Assembly (NCBI GenBank): GCA_002104905.1
Contig: MCFE01000184.1
Location: 76,432 to 140,431, forward strand
Reading direction: 5' to 3'
DNA length: 64,000 nt
DNA from: Basidiobolus meristosporus CBS 931.73
Taxonomy: Eukaryota; Fungi; Basidiobolomycota
Shown: positions 1 through 12,914 of the stretch, one piece after another
Layout of the letters: each line of letters begins with the position of its first letter
How positions within the stretch are numbered: the stretch's first letter is position 1
Translations under genes and position numbers: made by a program
The notes under the pieces: generated by a model
Databases searched by the model: none
The model's input: only the letters and a program-made list of their open reading frames with translations
What the model was told of the DNA's origin: nothing

Positions 1-1170
1 GTATTTTCTGATAACAATTCCCGTAACCGCCTGTGGAACAACAAAGAGTTATATGACAGGGCTGTAGACAAAGAGCGACCGTTGCATTGAGCAGGTGTGA
101 TATCACCATCCACAGATGATTGACTGGACGAAACAGCTGGGACAGCTTGATGTCCGTACTCACAAACAGGTGAACAAGGTTGGACGAACTTCACTAGGGA
201 GCAAATGAACTTGGTGGGATCAAGACACCTTTGGTTATATCATGCCGAGCTAAATATATGGAGGTGCAGTGGCAAGGAATGTACCAAAGCGACCATTTGA
301 TCATGCTTCCCAATGATCATTCATCGATAGCTAGAAACAGTTCGAGGGTATGCAGGCATATATGGGCAATTCAAGATTCAGAGATGACTATGATAGCGTA
401 AGAGCTCCAAGTGAGCCCAGGTACCCGTGTGGATTGATAGACACCCAGTCAGATGCTGGGCTGATTAGCGGATTTCAAACCAGTCCACCCGCTACGGAGC
501 ATGCTCAAGCTATTGGGGATTCTATGCTGTCCCGATATCTTCTGCATCGTCCACGGCCTCGGATTAGTACGGCGGGTGCCACATGTGTGGTTGGGATGCC
601 TTTGGTCGACCCATCATTCTGGGGCGATCCCACATGTCCGTCTCCAGCGATGATCCAGATCTAGACGAAGCAGATGGTGGGTTGATGGGCTGCAACCAAT
701 TTGGTAGACGTTGGGTTGCAGGAATGGGACTTGATCGAGGATCTGCCCAGTAGAAACCCACCAGTTCACACGCTTTCGAGTGATACAGAGCAGTGAAGGG
801 TTTCCCCCACATGGCATGAACAACAAGCTTATCCCGCCTCTACACACGCGGGCACCATTGGTGTATCTCTCACACCCGCCGCTGATAAACAGTGAAACTC
901 CCGGTACAAGCCACTGAGAATCGAAATCCCCATCGAGACCGGCCGGTTTATCAGGCGGCTGGTGATATCATGATGATTCCCCTTCCCCAGCGGCACCTGT
1001 TGACGAGATACGAAATCCCCGGGCATCGATGGAACGGGCAACAACCTTCACACGCAACCGTCGTCGAGATTAAGCTTAAACTGGGACTTTGCCAGCGAGA
1101 TCTAAATATAGACGGCCAACGCCAGATATGGATCCAACGAATGGTGACGATGGATCGGATTCCTTCCTCG

Positions 1171-1201
1171 AGTGGACAGTGGACAGTGGACAGTGGACAG
1201 T
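1171..1201. repeat. Heptamer tandem repeat (AGTGGAC)x4.4
   Basis: Perfect AGTGGAC units read directly at 1171-1201. Confidence 0.9.
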
Positions 1202-1928
1202 AGAATTCGATTCGCTATCTTCGCATCTCCCTCCCTGCGGCATCCAGACCGTATTCCATTGGCAGATCGGATGGAGCCTCTTATCCGAGTCCTCACCCGC
1301 TTCACCCCTTACCTCCCCTCCCCTCACCCCGACGCTCGCCAACTCATGCGAATCGAAGCACGGTGGGCCTGCACACATCGTCAAATCCAAATAGATTTGT
1401 TTCACCTCCTGTAGATTGCCAATGACACTCGCCGACACCGTGTGAGAGGGAGTTGATGAGGGATTTGACGTGTCTCACCAACGTGTTTTCCGGACAACAA
1501 GGAAGGGTGTACCTGAACAGGAGCTACGGCCGGCCATTGGCTCCCGCCTCGTCCAGCGCCGAATCAGTCGCGACCGAAGCGGGGTTGGTCAAGAAGGTTG
1601 GCGAGCGAGATGAGACGTTTTAGCTTAAATTATGAAGCAGACCTCGAGCTCGAACGGCGGATCATTGGGTGGATGGGCGCGTCGAGTGTTTGCATAAGCA
1701 AGCTCGGGATCCTGGCGATGGGGACTTGTAACACAAGCCTGGTCGTTGGCCATGATTCCCAGATGGAGGTTGATTAGGTGACGGGAAGCGTCGACCCACG
1801 CTTACCCCACGCCAACATCGGCCAACGAGAGGGATTACGACACGGCGGGGGCGTGAGTCAGTGTTAAGCTTCAGATGGCTGCTACATCGCCATGAGCCCT
1901 CCACCCACTGTGGTGAGAAGGACACCCA

Positions 1929-2642
1929 CTTATTTTTAGACGGTCTTACTCACTGCCCACGGAACAATGGCAAGTAGTCAAATATAAGCGCTGGTCTTGC
2001 CATTTGAATCCACTGGCTGGGCGAATCACGGGGAGCTGCATCAGCAATCAAGATTCACACTGGTATCATCACCGCTTGGCGTATGTTGCCTGAACTAAAC
2101 ATGGACGAGAACAATGAATCCTGGACCCACCAATCCGAGTGAAGGGGGCGGCCCGAAAGGGAAACGGGGCAGGTGGGGCCAGCCACGCCCACCACCGCTT
2201 GGCTGGATCTGATCCCCCGAGGGGCTTTCCAACTCCGAATCCAGTCCAACTAGGATCACGACTCAATCGGGCGGTGGCCATGGACATCTCCCCAACCCTC
2301 GATCATCTCACTGAGGCTCAGAGGAGTGCAATGCTGCTCACCTGCGGGAGGTTTCAGTCGCACCGGATGGAGCCAACCAGTCCAGACCAGGGGTGACGCA
2401 CATCTCGGACCGGCATATTGCCAGTTTCAGTGATGATCAAGGTAGAATTCCATTCGGATGGCGGGGGTAGGCGATCCACCAAATCCATTCGAATCTGCCC
2501 AGGGAGCAGGTGATCGCTCGGCAGGTGAACTCCACCAGCCATTCCGTGACCAGAAAGGCACCTACCCAGTGCTAAAAATAAGGCAGAGATCTGGGTTTGA
2601 TTGATCAGTGTCTGTGAGGGGAGTCGTAGCCTAAAAATAAGG
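1929..2642. promoter_or_regulatory. Three copies of CTAAAAATAAG (MEF2/Rlm1-type MADS-box consensus YTAWWWWTAR) upstream of the homeobox gene
   Basis: CTAAAAATAAGG at 2572-2583 and 2631-2642 (+); CTTATTTTTAG at 1929-1939 is the same 11-mer on the minus strand. Function inferred from the consensus only. Confidence 0.5.
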
Positions 2643-2929
2643 ACAAATTATGGGTGCGAAACCAGCTGCGGGTGACGTCGAATTCATCATTTGGTACGCC
2701 GCGAAATCTTTATAAGGCCTGGATGGTACAAGGGGTGAACAGCCCATATTTGATCCTCAGCAAAGCCTTTGTCAGCGCCAACACCACCAGAAATCCTTGT
2801 CCTGTATCCCCTAGAGTTTTGTAGTGCCATATACCCACCACGCTCCTGAATAGCCAAGTGATACCCTCGCCCAACCGCACGCCCTTATACCCACCTTCTC
2901 TCTGTAATACCTCTCACAACATCTAGTCA

Positions 2930-4216
2930 ATGATCAAAACCGAAGACCAGTTGGTGGACGACTTCCTAGACCCGGAGTCCCCCTCCGGTGAAGGCAAGGA
3001 AGTGAAAAGAAGAAATCGATTGAACCCCCGTCAGGTGACCCGGCTGATGGAGGTCTTTGAACAGACGGCCAAGCCAAAGGCCGATATACGGCACAAACTG
3101 GCGGAGGAGCTTGGCATGCACCCGCGCGCCGTGCAAATCTGGTTTCAGAATAGAAGACAAAAACTGAAAAAAGAGAGCCTAGAGGCCACAGCGGCCGAGT
3201 CCAAATATCCCCTGGACAAGGCCAAGCTCACGTTGTGCGATACCAACCCTGTATATACAACCCCACAAACATCCTACCTGTCTGGTTACGGCCTTACTCT
3301 GAACAGCTTCCCCAGCATGGCCAAAGGTTCGATTGCTGATGCCGCCACATTTGGCCTACAAACCCCATCAAGCATCGCCATACTCTCAGGCCTCGGGCTG
3401 GGACCTAGTCAAGATTCCATTCTTTCCTCTTCCGCCGCGCTGTCCCTCTCACCAGGTAAGCAACTGAGTCCCCCTGATCTGTACGGCACGAGTGCCTAAT
3501 GGTTTTTTCCTCCAGATTTCTCTGAAGCTGCCACCTCCCTAGATAACCAAATCAATAATTCCTCTCTGGCTTTGCTACAAGGATGTAATACGGTCTCCCT
3601 AGACCAAGACGACGCCTTTCCCAATCTCTTCGACGGGGGAAGCTTGGCCCTGGACGTCGCGAGCCATTCTCGCACTTCCTCTGCCACCTCCAGTAATACC
3701 AACTGTACTGATCCAACGATGGATTCGTCAATTAACGGTCATTCACCCTTTCTGTCCGCAGGGCTTGATTCCCTTGGCCTGGATCTGTCTTCCCAGATCA
3801 GTATGCTGCAAAGGCAGCACTCGTACCCCCAAAACCTACCGATGAAGAGGAAGGCCTTCTCGTGGCATGATCTATATCCACTGATGCCGCCTGGCCAGGA
3901 AAAAATGACCAATCCCTCACTAGCCGATCACCCCGCCAAATCCCAGAATCTAAAGCGGCAGACACCGGAGGTGATCTATGGTAATCAACACCCGATCATG
4001 TCCACCAGCCCCAACCGGAACCCCAGTCTCCCCGTCTACACCCGCTCCTTTAGTGATCCGTTTGTCGGTGAGATGCACCCGGATGGCAAACGGCGGAGGG
4101 TTGGCGAAAGCATCAGTGAAAACGAAGACATTCTCTCCGCATTTCTGCCGCTGGAACAGGAGCTTAACAAACCCAACTCCGCGGGGGGATTGAGCGACAT
4201 GCTTGCCTATCTGTAA
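2930..4216 (+). CDS. Homeodomain transcription factor (~408 aa, 2 exons: 2930-3455, 3516-4216)
   Basis: KRRNRLNPRQVTRLMEVFEQTAKPKADIRHKLAEELGMHPRAVQIWFQNRRQK contains the helix-3 WFQNRR signature. A 60-nt intron (GTAAGC...CTAAT...CCAG, 3456-3515) joins ORFs 2930-3499 and 3572-4216 in frame. Confidence 0.9.
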
Positions 4217-4571
4217 TGGATTTCATGTAGTTTATTTATGACGGATCTGGATTTTAATGTGGTTCCCCTCGTTTTCTTGTGAAAAAATTTTCAACCTGGC
4301 GTGTATATTTTACATATATATTTATAATTGTTCCCTTTCCGTAACTACCCGTAATAATGAAAAGAGGCTTTAGTTGTAGGCTCAAGTCGGTGCCCTGGTC
4401 GTGTTGTCGGAACAACAATCGTCGAGAGCGGAGATTGAGGACGCGTTGTCTTTCGGCCAGGGGATTCTTAGTCAATGTACAAATGAACTGTCAAATGTCA
4501 TATTCAAACTGCAACTTGAATAACGATAAATAAAATGATTTGTGAACCAAAACTAAATACGGTGGCGACAT

Positions 4572-7500
4572 TTAACGTTTTAATTTTGTCAATCTAATAG
4601 GTCTAATAGCCGGATGATGCGCTTGAGCTGTGGTACTTGATTTGGCTGATGCGCCCGGTCCGCTTCGAAAATGTCGGGATGTGTGTTCAGTAGTGGCGGT
4701 AGTTTCCAATCTATTTGAGGAAAGGGTTAGAAATTCTGGCTTTTCTTGTTGCCGACCTACGGACAAACCTGGCTGCAGGGCGAAAGCTGGACTCGGTTGT
4801 TGCAGAGCCTCTCATCATATCCGCATATCTACGCGTAATCTCAATGAACTCCTGCCCGTAAGACTCGGCTTTCGTTTTCGTAACCCCTGGGAGATCCATT
4901 AGATCGTTTATCGCTGGAGAATATTCGTCAGTATTATGCTACACCAAACCAAGGTTCATTCAACACTTACTCTCGGGTAACCTTTGCGACATCAATATCA
5001 GCACGCTATCCACGAAAATGGTTCGTGGTTGAACCTGCATTCGGGCACACATCTACGGAGCGAGACTTTGGATGAGCTGAATATCTTTTGAGATAGTATC
5101 TCAAGATTCCTTACCCCGTTGCGCTTCCCTCTCAGTTCTTCGTAGCATGCTTTCTGCATTGGATCGCTGTTGTTGCTACTCTCGGCAGGGCCGAAGTTCA
5201 ACCGGGTTTGATCGTTGTCAACTTGAAGGGGCTCCTCAACTATCTGAGATTTACGGACAGTCTTTCGGATGAGTTTTGACGAGCTGGTATTTGGGGTATC
5301 TTTCTGCTTCTACAATGGGGCTGAGTATGTGCACATATTTCGTGCAGAATGACCGCCAAACTTACCAGTTCTGTCGTTGAAAATTGCATCACAAATTTCT
5401 TTCTTCCATTCAATAGTTGGAACGAGTTCTTCCCACACTGCGAAGCACACTAAGTAAATCCATTCCCTTGTGTACATACGTATGTGTGCTGCTTACCTGT
5501 AAATAGGATGCAATGAAGCCCTGCACCGTCTGCTCACAGCGTTCACTGAGATATTCTTGGAGTACCAGCATTCGGAACAACCTCTCTACATCGTTCCGGT
5601 TGAGGTGTTTTCCTGCGCCATACATGGCCAAATTATCTTGACCCGATCTAACGATTTTTTGGTGCTTCATACCACGGAATATATCCACAGCCTGGATCAA
5701 TGTTATATGTTGATTTTGCACTTCCTGCACTAGTTTGATGGCGCTGATCGCCTCCGACGTCATATCCCGGTCAACATAGGACTCGCGAGAAGTATTGACG
5801 CAGTTATCACAAGTTTGGTGGCACTCCTTTGGATCGAATCGCTCCCCGAAGTAGGCCAACACTTGTTGTCGACGGCAGTCAGTGCGGTTTTCGCAGAATT
5901 GCACGACCTGGAACAAGTTGTTTCGCTGCTGCTGCTTCAGCTGCTGGTTCCCGTCGCCTTGCTTGATAAGAAATTCGATGGTTGTCTTGTCCTTGTACGA
6001 GTAGAATAAGATACAGGCCGCGTGCTTTCCATCTCTGCCTGCACGCCCCGTTTCCTGGTAGTACCCCTCTAAGGACTGCGGCAGAGAGTAATGTATCACA
6101 AAACGAACGTCGGATTTATCAATTCCCATACCAAACGCGATGGTGGCGACGATCACCTGAAGCTTATTCTGTTGCCAATCGGACTGGATTCGGGATCTAT
6201 CTTCCTTGTCCAGGCCTGCGTGATAATGCTCCGCTTTCACGTTGTATTCGGTTTTCAACATATATGCAACATCCTCACAAGCTTTCTTGGAAGTACAGTA
6301 AATAATCCCCGTTTGCTTGGCGTAATTGGCGGTGATGTAGGCATATATGTCGTTGTTGACATTCTTGGTCTTTGGGCGTACCTCATAATAGAGATTTTTT
6401 CGATTGAAGCTTTGGGAGAACGACATGCAGTTCTGAATTCGCAGACTCCCAACAATATCGAGCTGGACTTTGGCGTTGGCGGTTGCGGTTAACGCGATGA
6501 TAGGGACGCCTGGATAGCTTTGTTTTATGTGGCCCAGCGCTTTGTAATCAGGTCGAAAATCATGGCCCCATTGGCTTAAACAATGCGCTTCGTCGATAAC
6601 AAACCTTGCCAGGAGTTTACGTCGAAATAGCTTTTGTATAGCCTCTTGAACTTGGTTACTCTTGATCATCATTTCAGGAGTGACGTAGAGGAGTTTTAGC
6701 CTTGGGTCATTTCTCTCAACCTCGCTAAAGATGAATCGTCGCTTTGCCGCATCGGTGTTTCCCGTCAGGCAGGCCGCAGGGATGCCGAGTCGTAACAGAT
6801 GTTGCACTTGATCTTGCATTAAAGAGAGTAGAGGGGAAATCACAAAGGTTACACCTTTAGTCGTGCCCTTACTTACGATTGCAGGCAACTGGTAACACAA
6901 ACTCTTTCCTCCACCAGTTGGCATCAACACGAAGGCGTCTTTACCGCCTAGAGTAGCATTGATGGCCTCCAGTTGATTTTGTCTGAACGATTTGAGCTTG
7001 AAAACCTGTTTTAATGCTTTGTCGACATCTTTGGACCAGGGGTACGAAGGAAGCTTCGGCTTGACTTCGATTGACTGAGAGCTTGGTAGGTTTGATGTGG
7101 TTCTTGGCTGGGATGGGTCGTTAGGTGCTTGAAAGCTGTTGTGATGATTTGTGCTGGCTGGGGCAGGTTCGAGATTCGATATGCTCTGGTTGGCGGGGTT
7201 GCTGGAATGCGGTATCGGATCGAAACCTCGATTATCCGCCAAAAACATCTCGTCATGTAATTGTGAAGGATCGGTTGGCTCGCCTGTATCAATATCCTCA
7301 TAATTAGAGTTCTCCATTGGGAAGTTGTCCGAGAGATCGTATGTGTTCTCTATATGTTGTTCAGCCGCCATTTTGGAGAATGGATTGCCATTGTGTAACG
7401 ATTCTTCGAACGAAACATTTGACATCATGCTTGGAGTACGCGAGTTGGCAGATTGCTATGTGACCGGTTGTTAGTAAGACACTCGACATCGCCAAGTGCG

Positions 7501-9018
7501 AAAAAGTACACTCACATGGCTGGTTGAGCGCATTTCTTCAAGGATTTTTTCAACTGTCTTTATCTGATTCACCAACTGCGATCTAAGTCAACCAAAGATT
7601 AGCATTTGCGAACGTCTCAAGCACGGGATGCAAAATACCTTTCAGTCTTCAATCTTCTGCGTAAATTCATATTGGCATCGGATTCAGCTTCATCGTCGAG
7701 GTCACATATTCGATCACTAATCTCGCACTTCTCCATTTTATACGTCCGCAGCAGTCCTTGTAGGTCTTGGGCTGACAACTATGTAGGCCGGGTATATTGT
7801 GAGTACCAGGTGAATTAATTTGAATTGAAAGCCGACGTTACATTTCTATAGCCAGAGTCGCATTCGCCCAAGCGTTCTGTGGATTTCATATGGTCGTCAC
7901 AGTTTTTGGTATTCTGAAGCTGTGCTGGTTTGGGGGTTGTCACTATGTTTGAGGATTCGGTTGGAACCAGATCGTCCTACGAAGCCGTGAAGTGTAAAAA
8001 ACTAGAGCGTTGATTCCCTAATCACCAATAAAGTACGTACCAAGTCGATTTCGATGACTGAGGCAGGGTTGTTGGCCGGCTGCTTTGTGCTCAGTGATTT
8101 TCTTGGCTTATTCTTTGGTGTCGTGCTCGGTGGTTGGTTGACAGATTGCTCCATAGGAATTGGTGTCTCTAGAGGGTTGCTTTTAGCACAGGGACACTAG
8201 CTCTTACGATGATATAGGGCTACCTTCAGCTGGTGCACTCACAGAGTGGTTTTCGCTGATTCTTCGCTTCTTCGTCTGCGCGAATAAATCCTCGGTGATT
8301 TCCGTCAAGTCCACATTTACTTCCGACAACGATGTGGTGCTTTTTTTCGAACTGCTAGGTCTCGTTGTTTTGGATGGACTCTTCAAATGCTGTTGTTGTC
8401 TGACCATCTGTGACGGAGTGAATGGAACTATCGGAAACCCGTTAAGCTCTGCTTGCACTCTACGGACATCCAGAAGCAAGGGCTAGCTTACCGCTTTGGA
8501 AATCATCAAAATCTTCTACGGGAATATCCGATATGAGTGCCAATTCTTCATCTTTCAGGTCCCCGAACTCGAAATAATCCTCATCGTATTCGTTTTCGGT
8601 TCGCTGGCGCTCCAGATTTGTGTGGATACCAGGCGAGGAGGCATTGCTAGGGGCCTGCAATATCGTGAACGAGAATGCCGAATGCAATATTCACTGTTAT
8701 ACCGGTGCTTAAAAGTGAATTCATCGTTTTTTTACATACCCGTGAGTCTATAGCTGAAGCGATGTATGTTGTATTTATAGGACTAATCGGTGGGGATATG
8801 AAAAATTCATTGCCAGAGTTGTTACTGGAAATCGTTCTAGGGCCAGAAATTTGATTGTATTCTAACCTTGAGCGCGTCTCAGTGTTGAAGGGCATAGGGG
8901 AGGAATTTGAGGCGGTCTTTGGTGGTGGAAGTGGTGATTTGCTGGGAGTATGGGAAGTAGAACCACGGCTTCTTAGCCACATTAGCTGCTCTTTTAGATT
9001 GTTACGCGGTGCAGCCAT
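4572..9018 (-). CDS. SGS1: RecQ-family DNA helicase (Sgs1/Rqh1/BLM), multi-exon
   Basis: N-terminus MAAPRNNLKEQLMWL resembles BLM/Sgs1. Main exon has MPTGGGKSLCYQLP, DEAHCLSQWGHDFRPDY, ALTATA, YYQETGRAGRDG and the RQC zinc motif CRR...CHQTCDNC. HRDC-like downstream exons (CYEELRGKRN; DLPGVTKTKAESYGQEF) have GT-AG introns; stop at 4572. Upstream exon boundaries approximate. Confidence 0.92.
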
Positions 9019-9545
9019 TTCTTTTTCTTTCTACTCGTGGTTAGTCCAAGTCCAAAAAAGCTTGTCCGGGCGTGTTGGATCAAAGTCTGCGTCAAAGGTT
9101 ACCGAACACAGAAAATTATTTATAACACGTCTGATATGGACGGGAAGTTAACAGGTGCGTATATGCTATATGTATCAGGGCAAAGTGTGTATCTAACAAC
9201 CAACGGTCAAGTGGGAATAGTCCACCCTAGGAAGCTCTCTGAGGATATTGAGAGTGCGGAATTACAACTAGTGTGTTAGTCTATGCTTAGAACCTCAAAA
9301 CAACCTCCAACTGTTAGAGTAAATAATCACTGGATTCAATTATTCTAGAAGACTGGTTTATGTTTACTTTTATAGCAACCACTCTTCAATGATGGCCAGT
9401 AATTCTTACATAATCCGCAATATACGGTGCTAAAATCTTTTCTCAATTTTTCTTGGAACTGCGCCAATTTCGATCAAGCTATGGTTGCAACGATTATTGC
9501 TGTAGCATATGGAGGCATAATCATTTGACTGTTTATATAGAACCG

Positions 9546-12500
9546 ATGTTAACAGCGTTTGCAAGGAATAGGCTTAGGCTTGCAGATGTTCGGCAGTATC
9601 CTGTACCAAGTCGCCTATCTGCCTTAACCTTCAGCCGCAAACTCTCAAGCGATGACACTGTGTCAGAGATAGTAGAACCTCTCAATTCTGCCTTGGCACA
9701 GCAGGACCCAAATGCAGCTTGGCGAGCATTCACGAAAATCAAAAACAGCAAACTCGAGAGGGCCATTTCCTCTTATCAGTTTTCAGAGCTCGTACGGCTC
9801 TATTCCTCGACCAAATTGGATGGCGTAAAGAACAGAAACAGAGGCAACGAAATTATCAAGTACATGAGTTATATCGGTATCCAGCCCGAGAATCACAAAC
9901 AATACGGTACACTGATATCTTTCTATGGTAACCACAGTCAGCCAAAGGAGGCCCGGGAGATCTTTCGAAGCATGGTCGAAGTTGGCTTGAAGCCCGATGC
10001 CTATGTATACACCGAGTTACTGTACGCTATAGGGAGAAAGGATTTGCCGGCAGCTTACAAGCTCTACGAAGCCATGAAGAGCAATCGCATTCACCCAAGC
10101 CTGTACACCTTCAACATCTTATTTAAGATATGTCGCCAACATCGTGATATGAAATTTTTAGCTACCTTTCATGAAGAGCTTCAAAAGGCCACATATATCA
10201 CCCCGGACATTGTAACCTACTCAACATTAATAGACGCTTACGTAGCGGATGCGAATATGCCCCGCGCCATGAAAGTGTTCGACGCATTGTCAGCACGCGA
10301 TATCACTCCGAATGTTGTTACATTCAATACTCTAATACGCGGCTACACCAAGAAACGCGAAATGCACAAGGCGTTAAAGCTATATAACAAGATGATGAAG
10401 AGTGGAACGTCACCATCCATAGTAACCTATACAACGTTGATTGATGGATATCTCCATCTAAACGATGTCAAGCAAGCTATGCGTCTATACGGTGAGTTGA
10501 AAAAATCGACCCTACGGCCGGACTGCGTTCTGTTCAACACGCTTTTAAGCGGACTTGGCAGGAATTTCGAAGCTGTATACGTGAGGCAGCTCCTTAGCGA
10601 TATGTCAACTTTTGAGGTCGAGCCCACCCTTGCGACATACAACATCTTGATTAATCTTTTTTTCAAGAACAACCGATCCAGAGAAGCTATGGGGATATAT
10701 AGGCAGATGAAAGCTAGGAACGTGACGCCAAACGTCCAAATATACAACACGTTGATTCACCGCAACGCAAAGGATGGTGACTTGAAGTCAGCAATGAACC
10801 TCTTCCGCGAAATGCAAATGGCCAAGATCCGACCCGATCAGAAAATATTCAATACGTTACTTCATGCCCATGCCAGCCAAGGCAAAGTCGACGAGATACC
10901 CCGCATTCTAGACGAAATGCACGCTCAAAGGATTTCTCCCAACATTGTAACGTACAATATCATGATCAACGCCTACCTGAAAGGCTCGAAGCTCACCGAA
11001 GCCACACGGCTGTACAACGAGATGGCAGAGAAGTCCATCTACCCAGACGTGGTTACCTTCAACTCTCTGATCAACGCTAGCTTCAAGCAAGGGAATCTAC
11101 AGAATGTCGAGAACCTCTACAGTAGTATGATCGCCAACCGCATTTCCCCCGATGTAGCCACCTTCACCACACTCATCCACGGCTATTCGCAGGCCGCAAA
11201 TGGCCAGAAAGCCCTAGAGATGTATACGCAAATGAAGAAGCTTGATATCCAGCCGAATCTCAAGACCTTTTCAGTTCTGATGAATGAGTATGCTCGCAGA
11301 GCAGACCCTCTCGGGGCCAGGGGTGTATTCGATGAGATGCTGGAAAGAGGAATCAATCCCGACGTCAGTGCCTTCAACGTCCTCATAAACACCTATGTTC
11401 AGGCCTCCAACTTGTTCCAAGCGAGAAAAATTTACGAGAAGATGCTAGAGGATCGAGTTAATCCGGACAAGATTACCTATTCCATTCTTATCAAGGCTCA
11501 TACCCAAAATGGGGACATCGAGCAGGCGAGAGGGTTGCTCAACCGCATGCTGCAAAGGAACGTCCAACCAGATGCCATTGTCTTCACCTCATTGATCGAT
11601 GCATACACCAGTCAGCCGGACATCTCCAGTGCAACCGCCCTTTACCAAGATATGCTTACGAGAGGAATAGAGCCGACGATTCGTACATATACCGTCTTAA
11701 TAGACGCCTATGCGAAACAACGGGAGCTGGGGAAAGCCATGTCTCTTTACCAGCAGGTCAAATCAAGAAAGATGAGTCTGGACGTAACCCTCCTCAACGT
11801 TCTACTTGATGCCCACATCAAGAATGGGTTGCTGGGCGAAGCCATGGGGCTGCTTGAGGAATGGAAGGCTCGGGGCATCTCACCTGACTTAGTCACCTAT
11901 ACAACACTAGTCAACGGCCACACAAAGCACTCGGCGATGGATGTAGCCATGAGACTGTTCAACGACATGATCCAGTCCAAGATTTCCCCAGACATCACCG
12001 TCTTCAATGTCCTCATCCACGGGTTTGTGGCCAACAGCATGCATTCTCAGGCCTTGTCTTTGTACCGGGAGATGATTTCGAAATACAAGGTGGACCCCAA
12101 CGAGTACATTTACAACACACTCATCAGCGCTTACGCCAAGAATTCAGAGATGGAGCACGCGGTGGGCGTTCTCAACGAAATGATCTCGAAGAGCCTCTGG
12201 CCAAGCCCCGTCACATACAACGCCATTATCCACGGATATGCCACTGGCGGTGAGGCTGAGAAGGCGCTTGACACCTACCAGAAGATGAAAACCAGCGGAA
12301 TTACACCAACGCTGGTAACGTACAACACCTTGATTAATTGCTTCATCGAGAATGCTGGCTTTCAGAAACCTCGGACTATTGAGGCTGGCCTGAAGAACCG
12401 CAGCATCGCCCAGGCGCTTGATCTGTATAAAGAGATGCATACAAAGAAGATTCTCTCCGATCAGTACACATACAGCACAATCATGAAGGCTTATAGCTAT

Positions 12501-12914
12501 AGCGGCGAGGGGGCGACGGTACTCGACCTATGGGGCCAAGCAAAGAGTCGGAGTTTCCCCAAGGACAGTATGGAGGCAGTGATCTCTGTTTTGCTGGATA
12601 ATTGTGGCTTCAACACCGACCTGTCCACTCTGCATCGCGTATGGGCAGAGCTCAAACGCGACAACTATGTGCTAACCGAGAATAACTACAATTCATACAT
12701 CGAGGCCCTATGTCGACTTGGCTCCTTCGAAGAAGGGACCAAGGTATTCACCACAGAGATGAAAGATGCCGGGATCACGGCTACTCTGAAGACCTGTCGC
12801 ACCATTTTCACGCCATTGAAGGCCGCCAACAAAGCTCGGTTGGTCCAGGAAGCGTATGACTTCGTTCGAAGCCAATACCCACAACTTTATTCGGAGCATT
12901 ATGAACCGATTTAG
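9546..12914 (+). CDS. Large intronless P-type pentatricopeptide-repeat (PPR) protein, ~1122 aa, probably mitochondrial
   Basis: About 27-28 tandem 35-aa motifs (e.g. PDVVTFNSLINASFKQGNLQNVENLYSSMIANRIS). First ATG at 9546 gives a basic, Ser/Arg-rich, presequence-like N-terminus (MLTAFARNRLRLA...). Confidence 0.95.
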   Translation: MLTAFARNRLRLADVRQYPVPSRLSALTFSRKLSSDDTVSEIVEPLNSALAQQDPNAAWRAFTKIKNSKLERAISSYQFSELVRLYSSTKLDGVKNRNRGNEIIKYMSYIGIQPENHKQYGTLISFYGNHSQPKEAREIFRSMVEVGLKPDAYVYTELLYAIGRKDLPAAYKLYEAMKSNRIHPSLYTFNILFKICRQHRDMKFLATFHEELQKATYITPDIVTYSTLIDAYVADANMPRAMKVFDALSARDITPNVVTFNTLIRGYTKKREMHKALKLYNKMMKSGTSPSIVTYTTLIDGYLHLNDVKQAMRLYGELKKSTLRPDCVLFNTLLSGLGRNFEAVYVRQLLSDMSTFEVEPTLATYNILINLFFKNNRSREAMGIYRQMKARNVTPNVQIYNTLIHRNAKDGDLKSAMNLFREMQMAKIRPDQKIFNTLLHAHASQGKVDEIPRILDEMHAQRISPNIVTYNIMINAYLKGSKLTEATRLYNEMAEKSIYPDVVTFNSLINASFKQGNLQNVENLYSSMIANRISPDVATFTTLIHGYSQAANGQKALEMYTQMKKLDIQPNLKTFSVLMNEYARRADPLGARGVFDEMLERGINPDVSAFNVLINTYVQASNLFQARKIYEKMLEDRVNPDKITYSILIKAHTQNGDIEQARGLLNRMLQRNVQPDAIVFTSLIDAYTSQPDISSATALYQDMLTRGIEPTIRTYTVLIDAYAKQRELGKAMSLYQQVKSRKMSLDVTLLNVLLDAHIKNGLLGEAMGLLEEWKARGISPDLVTYTTLVNGHTKHSAMDVAMRLFNDMIQSKISPDITVFNVLIHGFVANSMHSQALSLYREMISKYKVDPNEYIYNTLISAYAKNSEMEHAVGVLNEMISKSLWPSPVTYNAIIHGYATGGEAEKALDTYQKMKTSGITPTLVTYNTLINCFIENAGFQKPRTIEAGLKNRSIAQALDLYKEMHTKKILSDQYTYSTIMKAYSYSGEGATVLDLWGQAKSRSFPKDSMEAVISVLLDNCGFNTDLSTLHRVWAELKRDNYVLTENNYNSYIEALCRLGSFEEGTKVFTTEMKDAGITATLKTCRTIFTPLKAANKARLVQEAYDFVRSQYPQLYSEHYEPI

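Noticed and set aside
1-239. Stop-free minus-strand frame running off the window (…YNSLLFHRRLRELLSENT)
   Set aside because: Could be an exon of a gene to the left, but I found no convincing start, splice acceptor or domain.
350-2542. Many 60-120 aa ORFs upstream of the homeobox gene
   Set aside because: No homology, no consistent codon bias, and overlapping on both strands; treated as non-coding.
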